Below, piece after piece: positions 9,181 to 17,980 of a stretch of 32,868 bases of DNA. Each line of letters begins with the position of its first letter. Position 1 is the first letter of the stretch. The stretch comes from a virus. The DNA is taken from IMG/VR virus record IMGVR_UViG_3300045988_034103, one strand, 5' to 3'. Under the pieces are notes generated by a model. That model had not been told where the DNA came from, did not search any database, and worked only from the letters and a program-made list of their open reading frames with translations. The position numbers and the translations under genes were made by a program.

Positions 9181-9215
9181 AGCGGGCGCGCGGGTCAATT
9201 CCGCCGCCCGCTTTG
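9181..9215 (+). terminator. GC-rich hairpin after the major tail gene (probable leaky terminator)
   Basis: AGCGGGCG (9181-9188) pairs with CGCCCGCT (9205-9212), plus inner GCGG/CCGC. The loop contains TCAAT. Followed by TTT. Confidence 0.5.
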
Positions 9216-9235
9216 GCGCTATGGAGGTAAAGACA

Positions 9236-9652
9236 ATGAAAGCGGCAAAAATCACGGTTGCGGGTACAACGTATTTCCTCGTCATGGACGGCGAAGCGAT
9301 GTTTACCATCCGCGACATTTACGGCGGCACGCGCCTGATGCTGGAAAAGATGGAACAGGACACGCGCGAAGGTTTCCTTGAAACGTGCAACGCCGCCGCT
9401 ATCCTTGCAGAGCGCGGCGAACTCGTCCGCCGCCGGTTGGGATATGAGCCGGGGCGCATCCCGGAACGCGACGATTTCGCGCTTTTGACGCAGCCGCATG
9501 AAATCGTCCCGCTGAAACGTGCGATTGCGAACGCAATCAAACTCGGTTACGGGCGCGAGATCACAGCCCCCGGCGATGATGAAGTTGACGAAGGGCTTGA
9601 AGAATTGAATCAAAAAAAATCAAGATTCGCCGCGCGGACTATTACAGAATAG
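9236..9652 (+). CDS. Tail assembly chaperone (gpG-like)
   Basis: RBS ggagg 8 nt upstream of ATG 9236. Sits between major tail and tape measure. Ends shortly after an A8 slippery run. Confidence 0.8.
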   Translation: MKAAKITVAGTTYFLVMDGEAMFTIRDIYGGTRLMLEKMEQDTREGFLETCNAAAILAERGELVRRRLGYEPGRIPERDDFALLTQPHEIVPLKRAIANAIKLGYGREITAPGDDEVDEGLEELNQKKSRFAARTITE

Positions 9653-9771
9653 CCGTTTTGTGCGGCATTTCCCCGGCTGATGCGCTGTTTATGCCGCCGG
9701 GGGAAGTATTTGACTTGTGGGAACTGTACCTTATCGCACACGGTAAAGGCAACAACGGGGAGGGTAACTGA
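9236..9771 (+). CDS. Tail assembly chaperone, -1 frameshift fusion product (gpGT-like)
   Basis: The -1 frame from the A-run reads KKIKIRRADYYRIAVLCGISPADALFMPPGEVFDLWELYLIAHGKGNNGEGN*. Its stop overlaps the tape measure ATG (TGATG). Confidence 0.7.
9611..9619 (+). promoter_or_regulatory. Slippery site for programmed -1 ribosomal frameshift (CAAAAAAAA)
   Basis: A8 run 9612-9619 near the end of the zero-frame chaperone ORF. An open -1 frame extends to 9771. Confidence 0.65.
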
Positions 9772-12548
9772 TGGCAACGCGCACAATATCAACGAAATTG
9801 CAGCTTGACGGCGAAGCCGAATACCGCGCGTCGCTAAAAAATATCAATTCCGAACTCGGCACGCTGAAAAGTGAACTGAAATTGACAGAATCGCAGTTTG
9901 CGGGGCATTTGAACAGCTACGCGGCGTTGTCTGCAAAGGGCGAAACCCTCGCGGGTATGTATGACCAGCAGGAAAAGAAACTTGCCGCGATCAACAAAAT
10001 TCTGTCAGAAGCAAAAGACGCGCAAAGCAAATTCGGGAACGAAGTCCAGAGCGCGAAAGACAAAATTGCAAAAACCGAAGCCGCCCTGAATGCGCTTGCG
10101 GATGCGGAGGGGGACACTTCCGAACAGCAGGCAAAATTGACGGCGGAACTCGAAGAATACAAGACGGAACTTGCGACCGCCGAAGCGAATCAGCAGAAAG
10201 CGACGGAAGCCGTCAACAAATATCAGACGCAGGCAAACAGCGCCGAAGCCGAATTGAATAAACTCGGCAATGAGATCGACGAAAACAACAAGTGCATGGA
10301 CGAAGCTGCAAAATCATCCGACAAATGCGCTGATTCCGTCGATAAATACAGCGGCAAGGTCAAGAAAGCCGACGAAGATACGGAGAAGTTTTCCGAAAAG
10401 CTGAAAACCGGGCTTGTCGCCGGTGCGAAGGCGGCAGCGGCGGCGTTTGCGGCGATCAGCGCGGCGGCGGTCAAGCTGGGCGTTGAAGTTGTGACCGCGT
10501 ATGCGGATTATGAACAGCTTGTCGGCGGCGTGGAAACGCTTTTTCAGGACAGTAGCGGCAAAGTCTTAGACTACGCGAATAACGCCTACAAAACGGCGGG
10601 TCTGTCTGCAAATGAATACATGGAAACCGTGACCAGCTTTTCCGCAAGTTTGTTATCCAGCCTCGGCGGGGACACGGAAAAAGCCGCAGACTACGCGGAT
10701 AAAGCGATTACGGATATGTCAGACAACGCAAACAAAATGGGGTCTGACATGGACAGCATTATGAACGCCTACAAAGGATTTTCAAAGCAGACGTTCACGA
10801 TGCTTGATAACTTGAAGCTGGGCTACGGCGGCACAAAAGAGGAAATGCAACGGTTGCTTGATGACGCGGAAAAGATTTCCGGCATCAAGTACGATATTTC
10901 CAGCTACGCCGACATTGTAGATGCTATTCACGTCATCCAGACGGAAATGGGCATTACGGGAACGACGGCGAAAGAAGCGGAAGAAACGATTTCCGGCTCT
11001 ATTGGAATGCTGAAAACGTCGCTTCAAAACCTCATTACCGGCATGGGCGACGCGGATGCAAATATTGACCAACTGTGCGATAACGTCGTAAATTCGTTCA
11101 AATCCGTCGTAAAGAATATTTCTCCCGTCATTCAGAATCTTGCAAAGACGATTCCGAATGCAATGGAGGGGATTCTGGATGCGATCAGCCCGCTAATTCC
11201 TGAATTTCTGGAACTCGGCGTGAATCTGTTTGAAGCTCTGTTAAACGGCATCATAGATATGCTGCCGGAATTGAGCAGCACGGCGGCGGAACTGATTACA
11301 ACGCTGATTACGGGCATCGTGGAGGCGCTGCCGCTTGTAGTCGAAGCGGCGGCGCAATTATTGACCGCGCTTGTTGAGGGTATCGGGGCGGCGCTGCCGA
11401 CGCTGATTCCGGCGGCGGTGGAAGCCGTCACACAGCTTGTGCAATCCCTGATTGACAACATTCCGCTGCTTATTGAAGCGGCGTTACAGCTTGTCACAGG
11501 GCTTGCGGAGGGCATCATTGAAGCGATTCCCGTATTGCTGGAGGCGCTGCCGAAACTGATTGACAGCCTGATTTCGGCGTTGCTTGAAGCCGTCCCGCAG
11601 ATCATCGAAACGGGCGTGACGCTCCTGACCGCCCTCGTCACAAACCTTCCGACGATCATTCAGACGATCATTGCGGTATTGCCGCAGATCATCACAAGCG
11701 TCATTCAAACGCTTTTGACGCATTTGCCGGAGATCATTGACGCGGGTTTCAAGCTGCTTACGGCGCTGATTGACAATCTGCCGGAAATCATTTTGACCAT
11801 TGTCGAAGCGCTTCCGGAAATCATTTCTGCAATCGTAAAGGCTTTGACAGACAATATACCGCTTATCGTAGAAACCGGCGTGAAGCTGCTCACGTCCCTG
11901 ATTACGAATCTTCCGCAGATCATCGCGGAAATCGTGCGGGCAATGCCGGAAATCATTACCGGCATTGTCAATGCGCTGTCCGAGGGCATTTCACAGGTCA
12001 CGGAAGTCGGCGCAAACATTGTGCGCGGCTTGTGGAACGGAATTCAGTCCCTTGCCGGTTGGCTTTGGGATCAGGTTAGTAGTTGGATTTCCGGCATTTG
12101 GGACGGAATCAAGGATTTCTTCGGAATCGCATCCCCGTCAAAACAGATGGCATGGGTGGGGTCTATGCTTGTCGAGGGTCTTGCGGGCGCAATCGACAAA
12201 GACGGCAAAAAAGCCGTTGCAGCCGTTGACGATATGGCGGCGGGCATGATTGCGGAAGTCGAGTCCGAAATGGCAAAAGTCAACGCATCCCTCGCGGATG
12301 GCATCGGGGACATTGAAACAGGCTTTACCGCGCGGGCGACCATTCAGGAGGTCGCCGCGTCTATTCCGTCATCCCTGAACGCTGGACGCATGGGAGCGGG
12401 CACGACCGCAGGCGGCGAAACGTCCGTTACAAATCATTTTCACATTGCGGCGATGCAAGTGCGGGAAGAAGCCGACGTGAAGAAGGTTGCAAAGGAACTC
12501 TACAATATGCAGAAAACGAAAACGCGCAGCAAGGGGGTCGTTACGTAA
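9771..12548 (+). CDS. Tape measure protein
   Basis: 925 aa. N-terminal coiled coil. Long helical repeat region (LPxIIxxI-type repeats, about 11130-11990). Position is canonical. Confidence 0.9.
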   Translation: MATRTISTKLQLDGEAEYRASLKNINSELGTLKSELKLTESQFAGHLNSYAALSAKGETLAGMYDQQEKKLAAINKILSEAKDAQSKFGNEVQSAKDKIAKTEAALNALADAEGDTSEQQAKLTAELEEYKTELATAEANQQKATEAVNKYQTQANSAEAELNKLGNEIDENNKCMDEAAKSSDKCADSVDKYSGKVKKADEDTEKFSEKLKTGLVAGAKAAAAAFAAISAAAVKLGVEVVTAYADYEQLVGGVETLFQDSSGKVLDYANNAYKTAGLSANEYMETVTSFSASLLSSLGGDTEKAADYADKAITDMSDNANKMGSDMDSIMNAYKGFSKQTFTMLDNLKLGYGGTKEEMQRLLDDAEKISGIKYDISSYADIVDAIHVIQTEMGITGTTAKEAEETISGSIGMLKTSLQNLITGMGDADANIDQLCDNVVNSFKSVVKNISPVIQNLAKTIPNAMEGILDAISPLIPEFLELGVNLFEALLNGIIDMLPELSSTAAELITTLITGIVEALPLVVEAAAQLLTALVEGIGAALPTLIPAAVEAVTQLVQSLIDNIPLLIEAALQLVTGLAEGIIEAIPVLLEALPKLIDSLISALLEAVPQIIETGVTLLTALVTNLPTIIQTIIAVLPQIITSVIQTLLTHLPEIIDAGFKLLTALIDNLPEIILTIVEALPEIISAIVKALTDNIPLIVETGVKLLTSLITNLPQIIAEIVRAMPEIITGIVNALSEGISQVTEVGANIVRGLWNGIQSLAGWLWDQVSSWISGIWDGIKDFFGIASPSKQMAWVGSMLVEGLAGAIDKDGKKAVAAVDDMAAGMIAEVESEMAKVNASLADGIGDIETGFTARATIQEVAASIPSSLNAGRMGAGTTAGGETSVTNHFHIAAMQVREEADVKKVAKELYNMQKTKTRSKGVVT

Positions 12549-13084
12549 TGATTGGATTTACATTCAACAACGTCCACAGCCGGGACATGGGCGTAGTATT
12601 CAAGTCCGATGACAGGACGCTGCTTCCGGCAAAACGAATCACGCAATACAAGATTCCGGGCAAGTCCGGCACGTATGACATTGCAGACGGCTACGACAAC
12701 CGGCAGATTTCATGCACAGTCGCTTTTGTTGGAGCGGGCAACGCATACGCGGGCGTTCGGCAGACGGCGCGCGCCGTCGCGGAATGGCTCTCCGGCGACG
12801 GTCTGCTTATTTTCGATGACGAACCAGAAAAGGCGTACAGCGCAAAGGTCATTGACGGCATCGGCATTGAACAGATTGCCGTTACCGGGCATTGCAGCGT
12901 TACGTTTTTGTGCGAGCCGTTCGCGGAAACCATCGGCTACAACCAGAAAGCCGTGCAGTCCGTTTCCCTGCCGGATACGGTCACGATTAACGTAAAAGGC
13001 ACGCAGGAAACCGACGGGCTGATTTACATTACAGCGCGCGGCACAATTACGAATTTGACCGTTACACGGTTAAAGGTGAATTAA
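12548..13084 (+). CDS. Distal tail protein (Dit, siphovirus tail component)
   Basis: TAATG overlap with the TMP gene. MIGFTFNNVHSRDMGVVF...RTLLPAKR...IPGKSGTYD is a typical Dit N-terminus. Confidence 0.8.
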   Translation: MIGFTFNNVHSRDMGVVFKSDDRTLLPAKRITQYKIPGKSGTYDIADGYDNRQISCTVAFVGAGNAYAGVRQTARAVAEWLSGDGLLIFDDEPEKAYSAKVIDGIGIEQIAVTGHCSVTFLCEPFAETIGYNQKAVQSVSLPDTVTINVKGTQETDGLIYITARGTITNLTVTRLKVN

Positions 13085-13103
13085 AGAACGGAGGTATTTC
13101 AAC

Positions 13104-13484
13104 ATGAGCGCATTATCAAACGTCCACGCGACAAGTCTACTGAACACATCCTTGCGCAGCGGCACGTACTACCTTGCATTGTTTCTGACTGACCCGACGG
13201 CAAGCGGAAACGGCACGGAAGTCAGCGGCGGCGGATACGCCCGCAAGATCATCACGTTCGGCACGCCGTCGCTTGTGTCCGGCAAAGAACAGGTCACAAA
13301 CAGCGCTGCCGTCGATTTCGGCACGATGACCGCAGACCTCGGCACGGTCGCGTATTGGGGCATCTACGATGCACAGTCAAGCGGCAATCTGCTTTGGTAC
13401 GGCTCGTTTTCGCGCAGCAAGAACGTGTTGAGCGGCGACGCAATCACGGTTTCGACGGGGGCAATCGTCTGTACGCTGTCATAA
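13104..13484 (+). CDS. Hypothetical tail-associated protein
   Basis: RBS ggagg. 126 aa. Lies inside the baseplate/fibre block. No family recognised with confidence. Confidence 0.5.
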   Translation: MSALSNVHATSLLNTSLRSGTYYLALFLTDPTASGNGTEVSGGGYARKIITFGTPSLVSGKEQVTNSAAVDFGTMTADLGTVAYWGIYDAQSSGNLLWYGSFSRSKNVLSGDAITVSTGAIVCTLS

Positions 13485-13496
13485 GGGGGCAAGACA

Positions 13497-14018
13497 ATGT
13501 TTAACCGCTCTGCATACAACAGAACATCGTTTAACCGTTCATCGTCCATCGTCTTTGAATGGCTTGCGACGGCGAACGCGGAAACGGATGCGTCGGCGGC
13601 GGTCAAGATCATCCGGCATTTGAACGGAGCGGTCGAAGCGGTTGCAGAAGCGCGCGGCGTGATTATCCGCGTCGTGCTGCCGTCTGCCATTGCAGAAGCA
13701 GAATCATCCAGCGTGGGTGATTACATCCGCATACTGTTCTTTGACGCGATGGCGGAAGCCGTAGCGACGGCGACCGCAACAGGCGTTTCAACGTACGGTT
13801 CGATCACGATGCAGTTTCCCGGTCTGACCATGACCGCCGGTGACGAACTGATTATTGACACAGGACACATGACGATCACGCTGAACGGTGCGAATGTCAT
13901 TGACCTTCTGAGCGATGACAGCGAATTTTTCAAGCTGAAACCGGGCGAAAACGACATTATCGTAGAGGGCGGCACGACGGCGGACATTAAAGTTTTGTGG
14001 AAAGACAGGTGGCTATAA
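13497..14018 (+). CDS. Hypothetical tail/baseplate component
   Basis: 173 aa. The C-terminus ...FKLKPGENDIIVEGGTTADIKVLWKDRWL resembles the ends of phage tail-family proteins. TAATG overlap with Tal. Confidence 0.5.
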   Translation: MFNRSAYNRTSFNRSSSIVFEWLATANAETDASAAVKIIRHLNGAVEAVAEARGVIIRVVLPSAIAEAESSSVGDYIRILFFDAMAEAVATATATGVSTYGSITMQFPGLTMTAGDELIIDTGHMTITLNGANVIDLLSDDSEFFKLKPGENDIIVEGGTTADIKVLWKDRWL

Positions 14019-15925
14019 TGAAAGTCCCACAGATTTTTGACCGCAACATGAAGCGCCTTGCGTTCCTTGACAACGCTGTTTCCGTCGGCTATTCGCTGGA
14101 AATCAATTCGTTATGGACGGCGACGTTTACGCTTCCGGCGGACGATGACAAAAACGCCTATTGCCAGCCGTTGAATTTCGTTGAAATCTTTGACGGCGAC
14201 GAAAGAATTGACCTGTTCCGCATCATTGGGGAAGATTTGGAGCGCAGCAACGGCGCGACGCGGTTCTATGACTGCGAACACGTCCTTGCTACGCTCCTGT
14301 CCGACGTGCTGTTTCAGTACCATCAATACGGCGGGGGCGGTATCAAAACCGCCGACGTGCTGAACTACGTGCTTGCGCGGCAGACAACGCGCAACTGGGT
14401 TTTGGGCGATTGCGATTTCAAGCGGTATTTCGAGTACAACTGGGAAAATTCGACGCTGCTTGCGGCGCTGTTCGCCGTGCCGGAATGCTTTGACAGCGAA
14501 TATATGTGGACATGGGACACGACTGTTTACCCGTGGACGATTTCGCTTGTAACGCCGTCGGACACGATGAAAAGCGAAGTCCGATACGCGAAGAACATGA
14601 CCTCGATGAAAAAGACCGTGGACGCATCCGGCATCGCAAACCGCATTTATGCCCTCGGCTACGGCGAGGGCGTGAATCAGTTGACCATTGCGGGCGTGAA
14701 CGGCGGCAAACCGTACGTCGAGGATGCAATGAGCATTCAGCAGTACGGGCTATGTTCGACCATTCTTGTAGACAGCCGGTATGAAGTCGCGGAAAACCTC
14801 AAGGGATACGCGGAACAGATGCTTGCGGAACTGAAAAACCCGTATGTAAGCTATGAGATCGGCGCAATCGACCTCCACAGGCTGACCGGCGACACGTTTT
14901 CAAAGTTCCGCCCCGGCGAGATCGTCCGCGTCGTGGACGAAGCCGACGGCATAAACCTCCGCACGCGCATTGTCAGCGTGGAGAAAAGCGACGCGCAGGG
15001 CGACCCCGGAAGCGTGACCGTTACCATTGCCAACAAGTCAAAGGACATTGCAGGCAGCATTTCGGAACTGCAAAACCGCGCCCTCATCAACGAAACGTAC
15101 GCGCAGGGCGCGACGAATCAGCAGATTTACAATTTCACGGACAACGCCGATGCAACGCATCCGGCGACGCTGAAACTATATATTTCTGATTCCGTCGTGC
15201 GTATCAACAAAATGCTGTTAAACATCCAGTTTGAAGCATTCCGCGCGTATGAAAAAGCAATCGGCGGCGGTGGCGGGCAGACAACCTCCAGCGGTGGCGG
15301 GCAAACTACCTCGTCCGGCGGCGGTTCGACCACATCCAGCGGCGGCGGGTCTACAACCTCGTCCGGCGGCGGAACAACGTCATCGTCAACCAGTCTGCGC
15401 AGCAGCAACACAATCAATTCGTCTGATAACGGCGGCAGCGGCGGCGAAAATCACAATCACGGTCTTGCGCGCGGCGACCGCCTCGCGCTGATAGACTACA
15501 ACGGCAATATCATCGGCGGAGTGAATTTCGTCCCGTCCGGCGCGCATACGCATCCGGGGCATACGCATACCGTCGGTTCACACACGCATAGCGTCAGCGC
15601 GCACACGCATAGCGTCAGCGCCCATACGCACACGGTAAAGGCGCATACGCACACGGTTCAAGATCATACACACAAAATCGAATTCGGCATCTATGAGGGC
15701 GCGCGGGCATCTTCGGCAACGATCAAGGTTGACGGCGTGGAAATCCCTGCCCCGGCATCGTATGACAATCTGGATATTGTCGAGTACCTGAAAACAGACG
15801 GCGGCGGCAAGATTCAGCGCAACGCATGGCATACGATTCAGATTTTACCGAATTCCATGAGCCGCATTGTCGGCGCGGTATTCATGCAGACGTTCTGCAA
15901 TTCGCGCGGCGGCGGCGATTACTAA
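14018..15925 (+). CDS. Tail-associated/tip protein (Tal-like, prophage tail endopeptidase-type N-terminus) with Gly/Ser/Thr linker and HxH repeat needle
   Basis: MKVPQIFDRNMKRLAFLDNA...FTLPADD...FVEIFDG is a typical Tal N-terminus. The C-terminal half carries 5x GGGxTTSS and 7x HTH motifs. Confidence 0.75.
   Translation: MKVPQIFDRNMKRLAFLDNAVSVGYSLEINSLWTATFTLPADDDKNAYCQPLNFVEIFDGDERIDLFRIIGEDLERSNGATRFYDCEHVLATLLSDVLFQYHQYGGGGIKTADVLNYVLARQTTRNWVLGDCDFKRYFEYNWENSTLLAALFAVPECFDSEYMWTWDTTVYPWTISLVTPSDTMKSEVRYAKNMTSMKKTVDASGIANRIYALGYGEGVNQLTIAGVNGGKPYVEDAMSIQQYGLCSTILVDSRYEVAENLKGYAEQMLAELKNPYVSYEIGAIDLHRLTGDTFSKFRPGEIVRVVDEADGINLRTRIVSVEKSDAQGDPGSVTVTIANKSKDIAGSISELQNRALINETYAQGATNQQIYNFTDNADATHPATLKLYISDSVVRINKMLLNIQFEAFRAYEKAIGGGGGQTTSSGGGQTTSSGGGSTTSSGGGSTTSSGGGTTSSSTSLRSSNTINSSDNGGSGGENHNHGLARGDRLALIDYNGNIIGGVNFVPSGAHTHPGHTHTVGSHTHSVSAHTHSVSAHTHTVKAHTHTVQDHTHKIEFGIYEGARASSATIKVDGVEIPAPASYDNLDIVEYLKTDGGGKIQRNAWHTIQILPNSMSRIVGAVFMQTFCNSRGGGDY
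15263..15390 (+). repeat. Coding tandem repeat, about 24 bp x 5 (GGGQTTSS/GGGSTTSS)
   Basis: Protein reads GGGGQTTSSGGGQTTSSGGGSTTSSGGGSTTSSGGGTTSSS. Confidence 0.85.
15544..15673 (+). repeat. Coding tandem repeat, 21 bp / 7 aa (HTHxVxx), giving a His-x-His array
   Basis: AHTHPGHTHTVGSHTHSVSAHTHSVSAHTHTVKAHTHTVQDHTHKI. Two units are near-identical at the DNA level (gcgcacacgcatagcgtcagc). Confidence 0.9.
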
Positions 15926-15941
15926 AACGGGAGGTTACGCA

Positions 15942-16670
15942 ATGGCAGAACTTGCAAAAATGTACCCGCCACAGGCGAACACGCCGGAAACGTCCCTGTC
16001 CGGCGCGCTGACGGCGGCGGGAACGACCGTAAACGTCGTTGACGGGACAATGCTGCCGGATGCGCCGAACTTGCTGACAATCGGTGCAGACGGGTCTACG
16101 GCGGAAACTGTGCTGATGACCGAAAAGAGCGGGAACGTGCTGACCGTTGTACGCGGGCAGGACGGCACGACCGCGCGGGCGTGGTCTGCGGGCGACGTTA
16201 TCGGCAGATATTTCACGGCGGCAGATCAGAAAGCAATGCAGGACAACATTACAGCCCTGAACAACGGAAAAACGGAAAAGGTCACATCCCCGACGGATGG
16301 CAACCTCGTCGCGTTCGACGGCGCGACCGGCAAGCAAAAGGACAGCGGCAAAAAGCCGGGAGATTTTGCCGCTGCCAGCCATTCACACAGCGGATATGCG
16401 CAGGCGCTTATTTTCCAGAACGTCAGTGTTGCAGCGTCCGCGTGGAGCAGCGACAGCACGTATGCAGCGTACCCGTACGCGGCGACACTGACGCTGCCGG
16501 GCGTGACCGCAAGCCACGTGCCGGAGGTTACGTTCGGGGCAACGGAAGCCGCATCCGGCATCTACGCGCCCGTCGCGCTGTCCGGCAGCGGTACGGTCAA
16601 AATCTACGCCGCGTCGAAACCGGCGGCGGCGATCACGCTGCAATCTATTTTGTGCATTAAGGCGGTGTAA
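15942..16670 (+). CDS. Tail fibre protein
   Basis: RBS gggagg. N-terminus MAELAKMYPPQANTPETSLSGALTAAGTTVNVVDGTMLPDAPNLLTIG...VLTVVRGQDGTTARAW resembles a conserved fibre N-terminus seen in Firmicutes prophages. Confidence 0.65.
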   Translation: MAELAKMYPPQANTPETSLSGALTAAGTTVNVVDGTMLPDAPNLLTIGADGSTAETVLMTEKSGNVLTVVRGQDGTTARAWSAGDVIGRYFTAADQKAMQDNITALNNGKTEKVTSPTDGNLVAFDGATGKQKDSGKKPGDFAAASHSHSGYAQALIFQNVSVAASAWSSDSTYAAYPYAATLTLPGVTASHVPEVTFGATEAASGIYAPVALSGSGTVKIYAASKPAAAITLQSILCIKAV

Positions 16671-16673
16671 AAC

Positions 16674-17924
16674 ATGATCGGAAAAACAAACGCATTATCG
16701 GCGGCGGGGGTGGAATTATCCCTTGTCGTTTCTGTTACATCCGGCGCGGCAGTAACCGCGACGAAAAGCGGCAAGACCGTCACAGGCACGGCGGCGGGCG
16801 GCTCTTGCGTTCTGAAACTGCCGGAGGCGGGTACGTGGAGCGTGTCGGCAACGCTGAACGGGCAGACCTCCAACACGCAAAGCGTGTCCGTAAAAGACAG
16901 CTACGCCGTGTCCCTGACGTTCTTTAGCGCGACGATCACGGTAACGGTCGATTCCGGCGCATCCGTCGCGTTGAAAAAGGACGGCGTAACAGTCCAGACA
17001 AAGACCAGCACGGGGACGGCGGTATTTACCGTAACGGAAACCGGCACATATACAATCGTCGCCACAAAGAGCGGGCAGAGCGTCAGCGGCACGGTCAACG
17101 TCGTATCCAGCACGACAACGTACGCGCTGACCCTCTCTTTTGTTTCGTCTACGCTGAACAATAACGAATGGAGCGTCATCAAGTCCGTATCTGATGCAGG
17201 ACAGGGCGCGTCCTATTGGAGCATTGGCGACCGCAAGGCGGTCACGCTGAACGGCACAGTCGGCGCGTTGACATTATCCAACGTCACGACGTATGTGTTC
17301 ATCATCGGATTCAATCACAATTCCAGCGTCGAGGGCGCAAACCGCATTCATTTCCAGTTAGGCAAAACGGCGCTGTCCGGCGGCACAGACGTTGCGCTAT
17401 GCGACAGCAAATATAATTCGCAAGTATCCGCGACGGGCTATTTTTCCATGAACAGCAGCGGAACAAACTCCGGCGGATGGAACTCGTCGCAGATGCGCAC
17501 AAAAATTTGTGGTACAAGCCTGTCAAGCTATTCCGGCACGATCATTGCGGTCATCCCGGCAGCGCTCCGCGCGGTGCTGAAATCTGTGACGAAGTACACG
17601 GACAACACAGGCAACAGCAGCGCCGCAAGCGCGGTGACAGCGACCACAGATTACTTTTTCCTGTTATCGGAATACGAAGTATTCGGGTCTACCACTTACG
17701 CAAACAGCAACGAAGCCAGCAAACAGGCGCAGTATTCGTATTACAGCGCCGGAAACAGCAAGGTCAAATACAATCACAGCGCGACAAGTACAGCCGTTTG
17801 TTGGTGGCTCCGTTCCCCGTGTGCCAGCATTTCCGCGTATTTCGTGTTTGTGCTTACTGACGGCACGGTCGGCAGCTACTACGCGGTCTACTCGTTTGGC
17901 TTTGCCCCCGGCTTTTGTGTATAA
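16674..17924 (+). CDS. DGR target protein 1: tail fibre / receptor-binding protein with two Ig-like repeats, a DUF6273-like domain and a C-terminal variable region
   Basis: 416 aa. The last 45 aa (TAVCWWLRSPCASISAYFVFVLTDGTVGSYYAVYSFGFAPGFCV) are encoded by VR1, which matches the TR except at TR adenines. Confidence 0.9.
   Translation: MIGKTNALSAAGVELSLVVSVTSGAAVTATKSGKTVTGTAAGGSCVLKLPEAGTWSVSATLNGQTSNTQSVSVKDSYAVSLTFFSATITVTVDSGASVALKKDGVTVQTKTSTGTAVFTVTETGTYTIVATKSGQSVSGTVNVVSSTTTYALTLSFVSSTLNNNEWSVIKSVSDAGQGASYWSIGDRKAVTLNGTVGALTLSNVTTYVFIIGFNHNSSVEGANRIHFQLGKTALSGGTDVALCDSKYNSQVSATGYFSMNSSGTNSGGWNSSQMRTKICGTSLSSYSGTIIAVIPAALRAVLKSVTKYTDNTGNSSAASAVTATTDYFFLLSEYEVFGSTTYANSNEASKQAQYSYYSAGNSKVKYNHSATSTAVCWWLRSPCASISAYFVFVLTDGTVGSYYAVYSFGFAPGFCV
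17788..17920 (+). repeat. DGR variable region 1 (VR1)
   Basis: Ungapped alignment to TR 18412-18544 (offset 624). I count 21 mismatches, all opposite TR adenines. Confidence 0.92.
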
Positions 17925-17964
17925 TTCGGAATTCAAGCCTTGCGCCCTCAATGGGCGCACAGGC
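17923..17964 (+). other. Post-VR1 conserved 14-mer AATTCGGAATTCAA plus hairpin (putative DGR target-recognition structure)
   Basis: 14-mer at 17923-17936. Stem TGCGCCC (17941-47), loop TCAAT (17948-52), stem GGGCGCA (17953-59). The same 14-mer and loop follow VR2. Confidence 0.65.
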
Positions 17965-17980
17965 GGCAGGAGGTCACGAA

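Noticed and set aside
8561-9613. 350-aa minus-strand ORF antisense to the major tail and chaperone genes. Similar long antisense ORFs occur at 5601-6449, 6389-7243, 20838-21452, 24763-25380, 27996-28658 and 29281-30156.
   Set aside because: They lie opposite well-supported, family-recognisable + strand genes. They are Arg/Cys-rich low-complexity translations typical of shadow ORFs in GC-rich DNA, and they lack RBSs.
15263-15673. Short tandem repeats as a possible CRISPR or non-coding array
   Set aside because: The repeats are contiguous with no spacers, in frame inside the Tal ORF, and encode GGGxTTSS and HTHxVxx peptide repeats.
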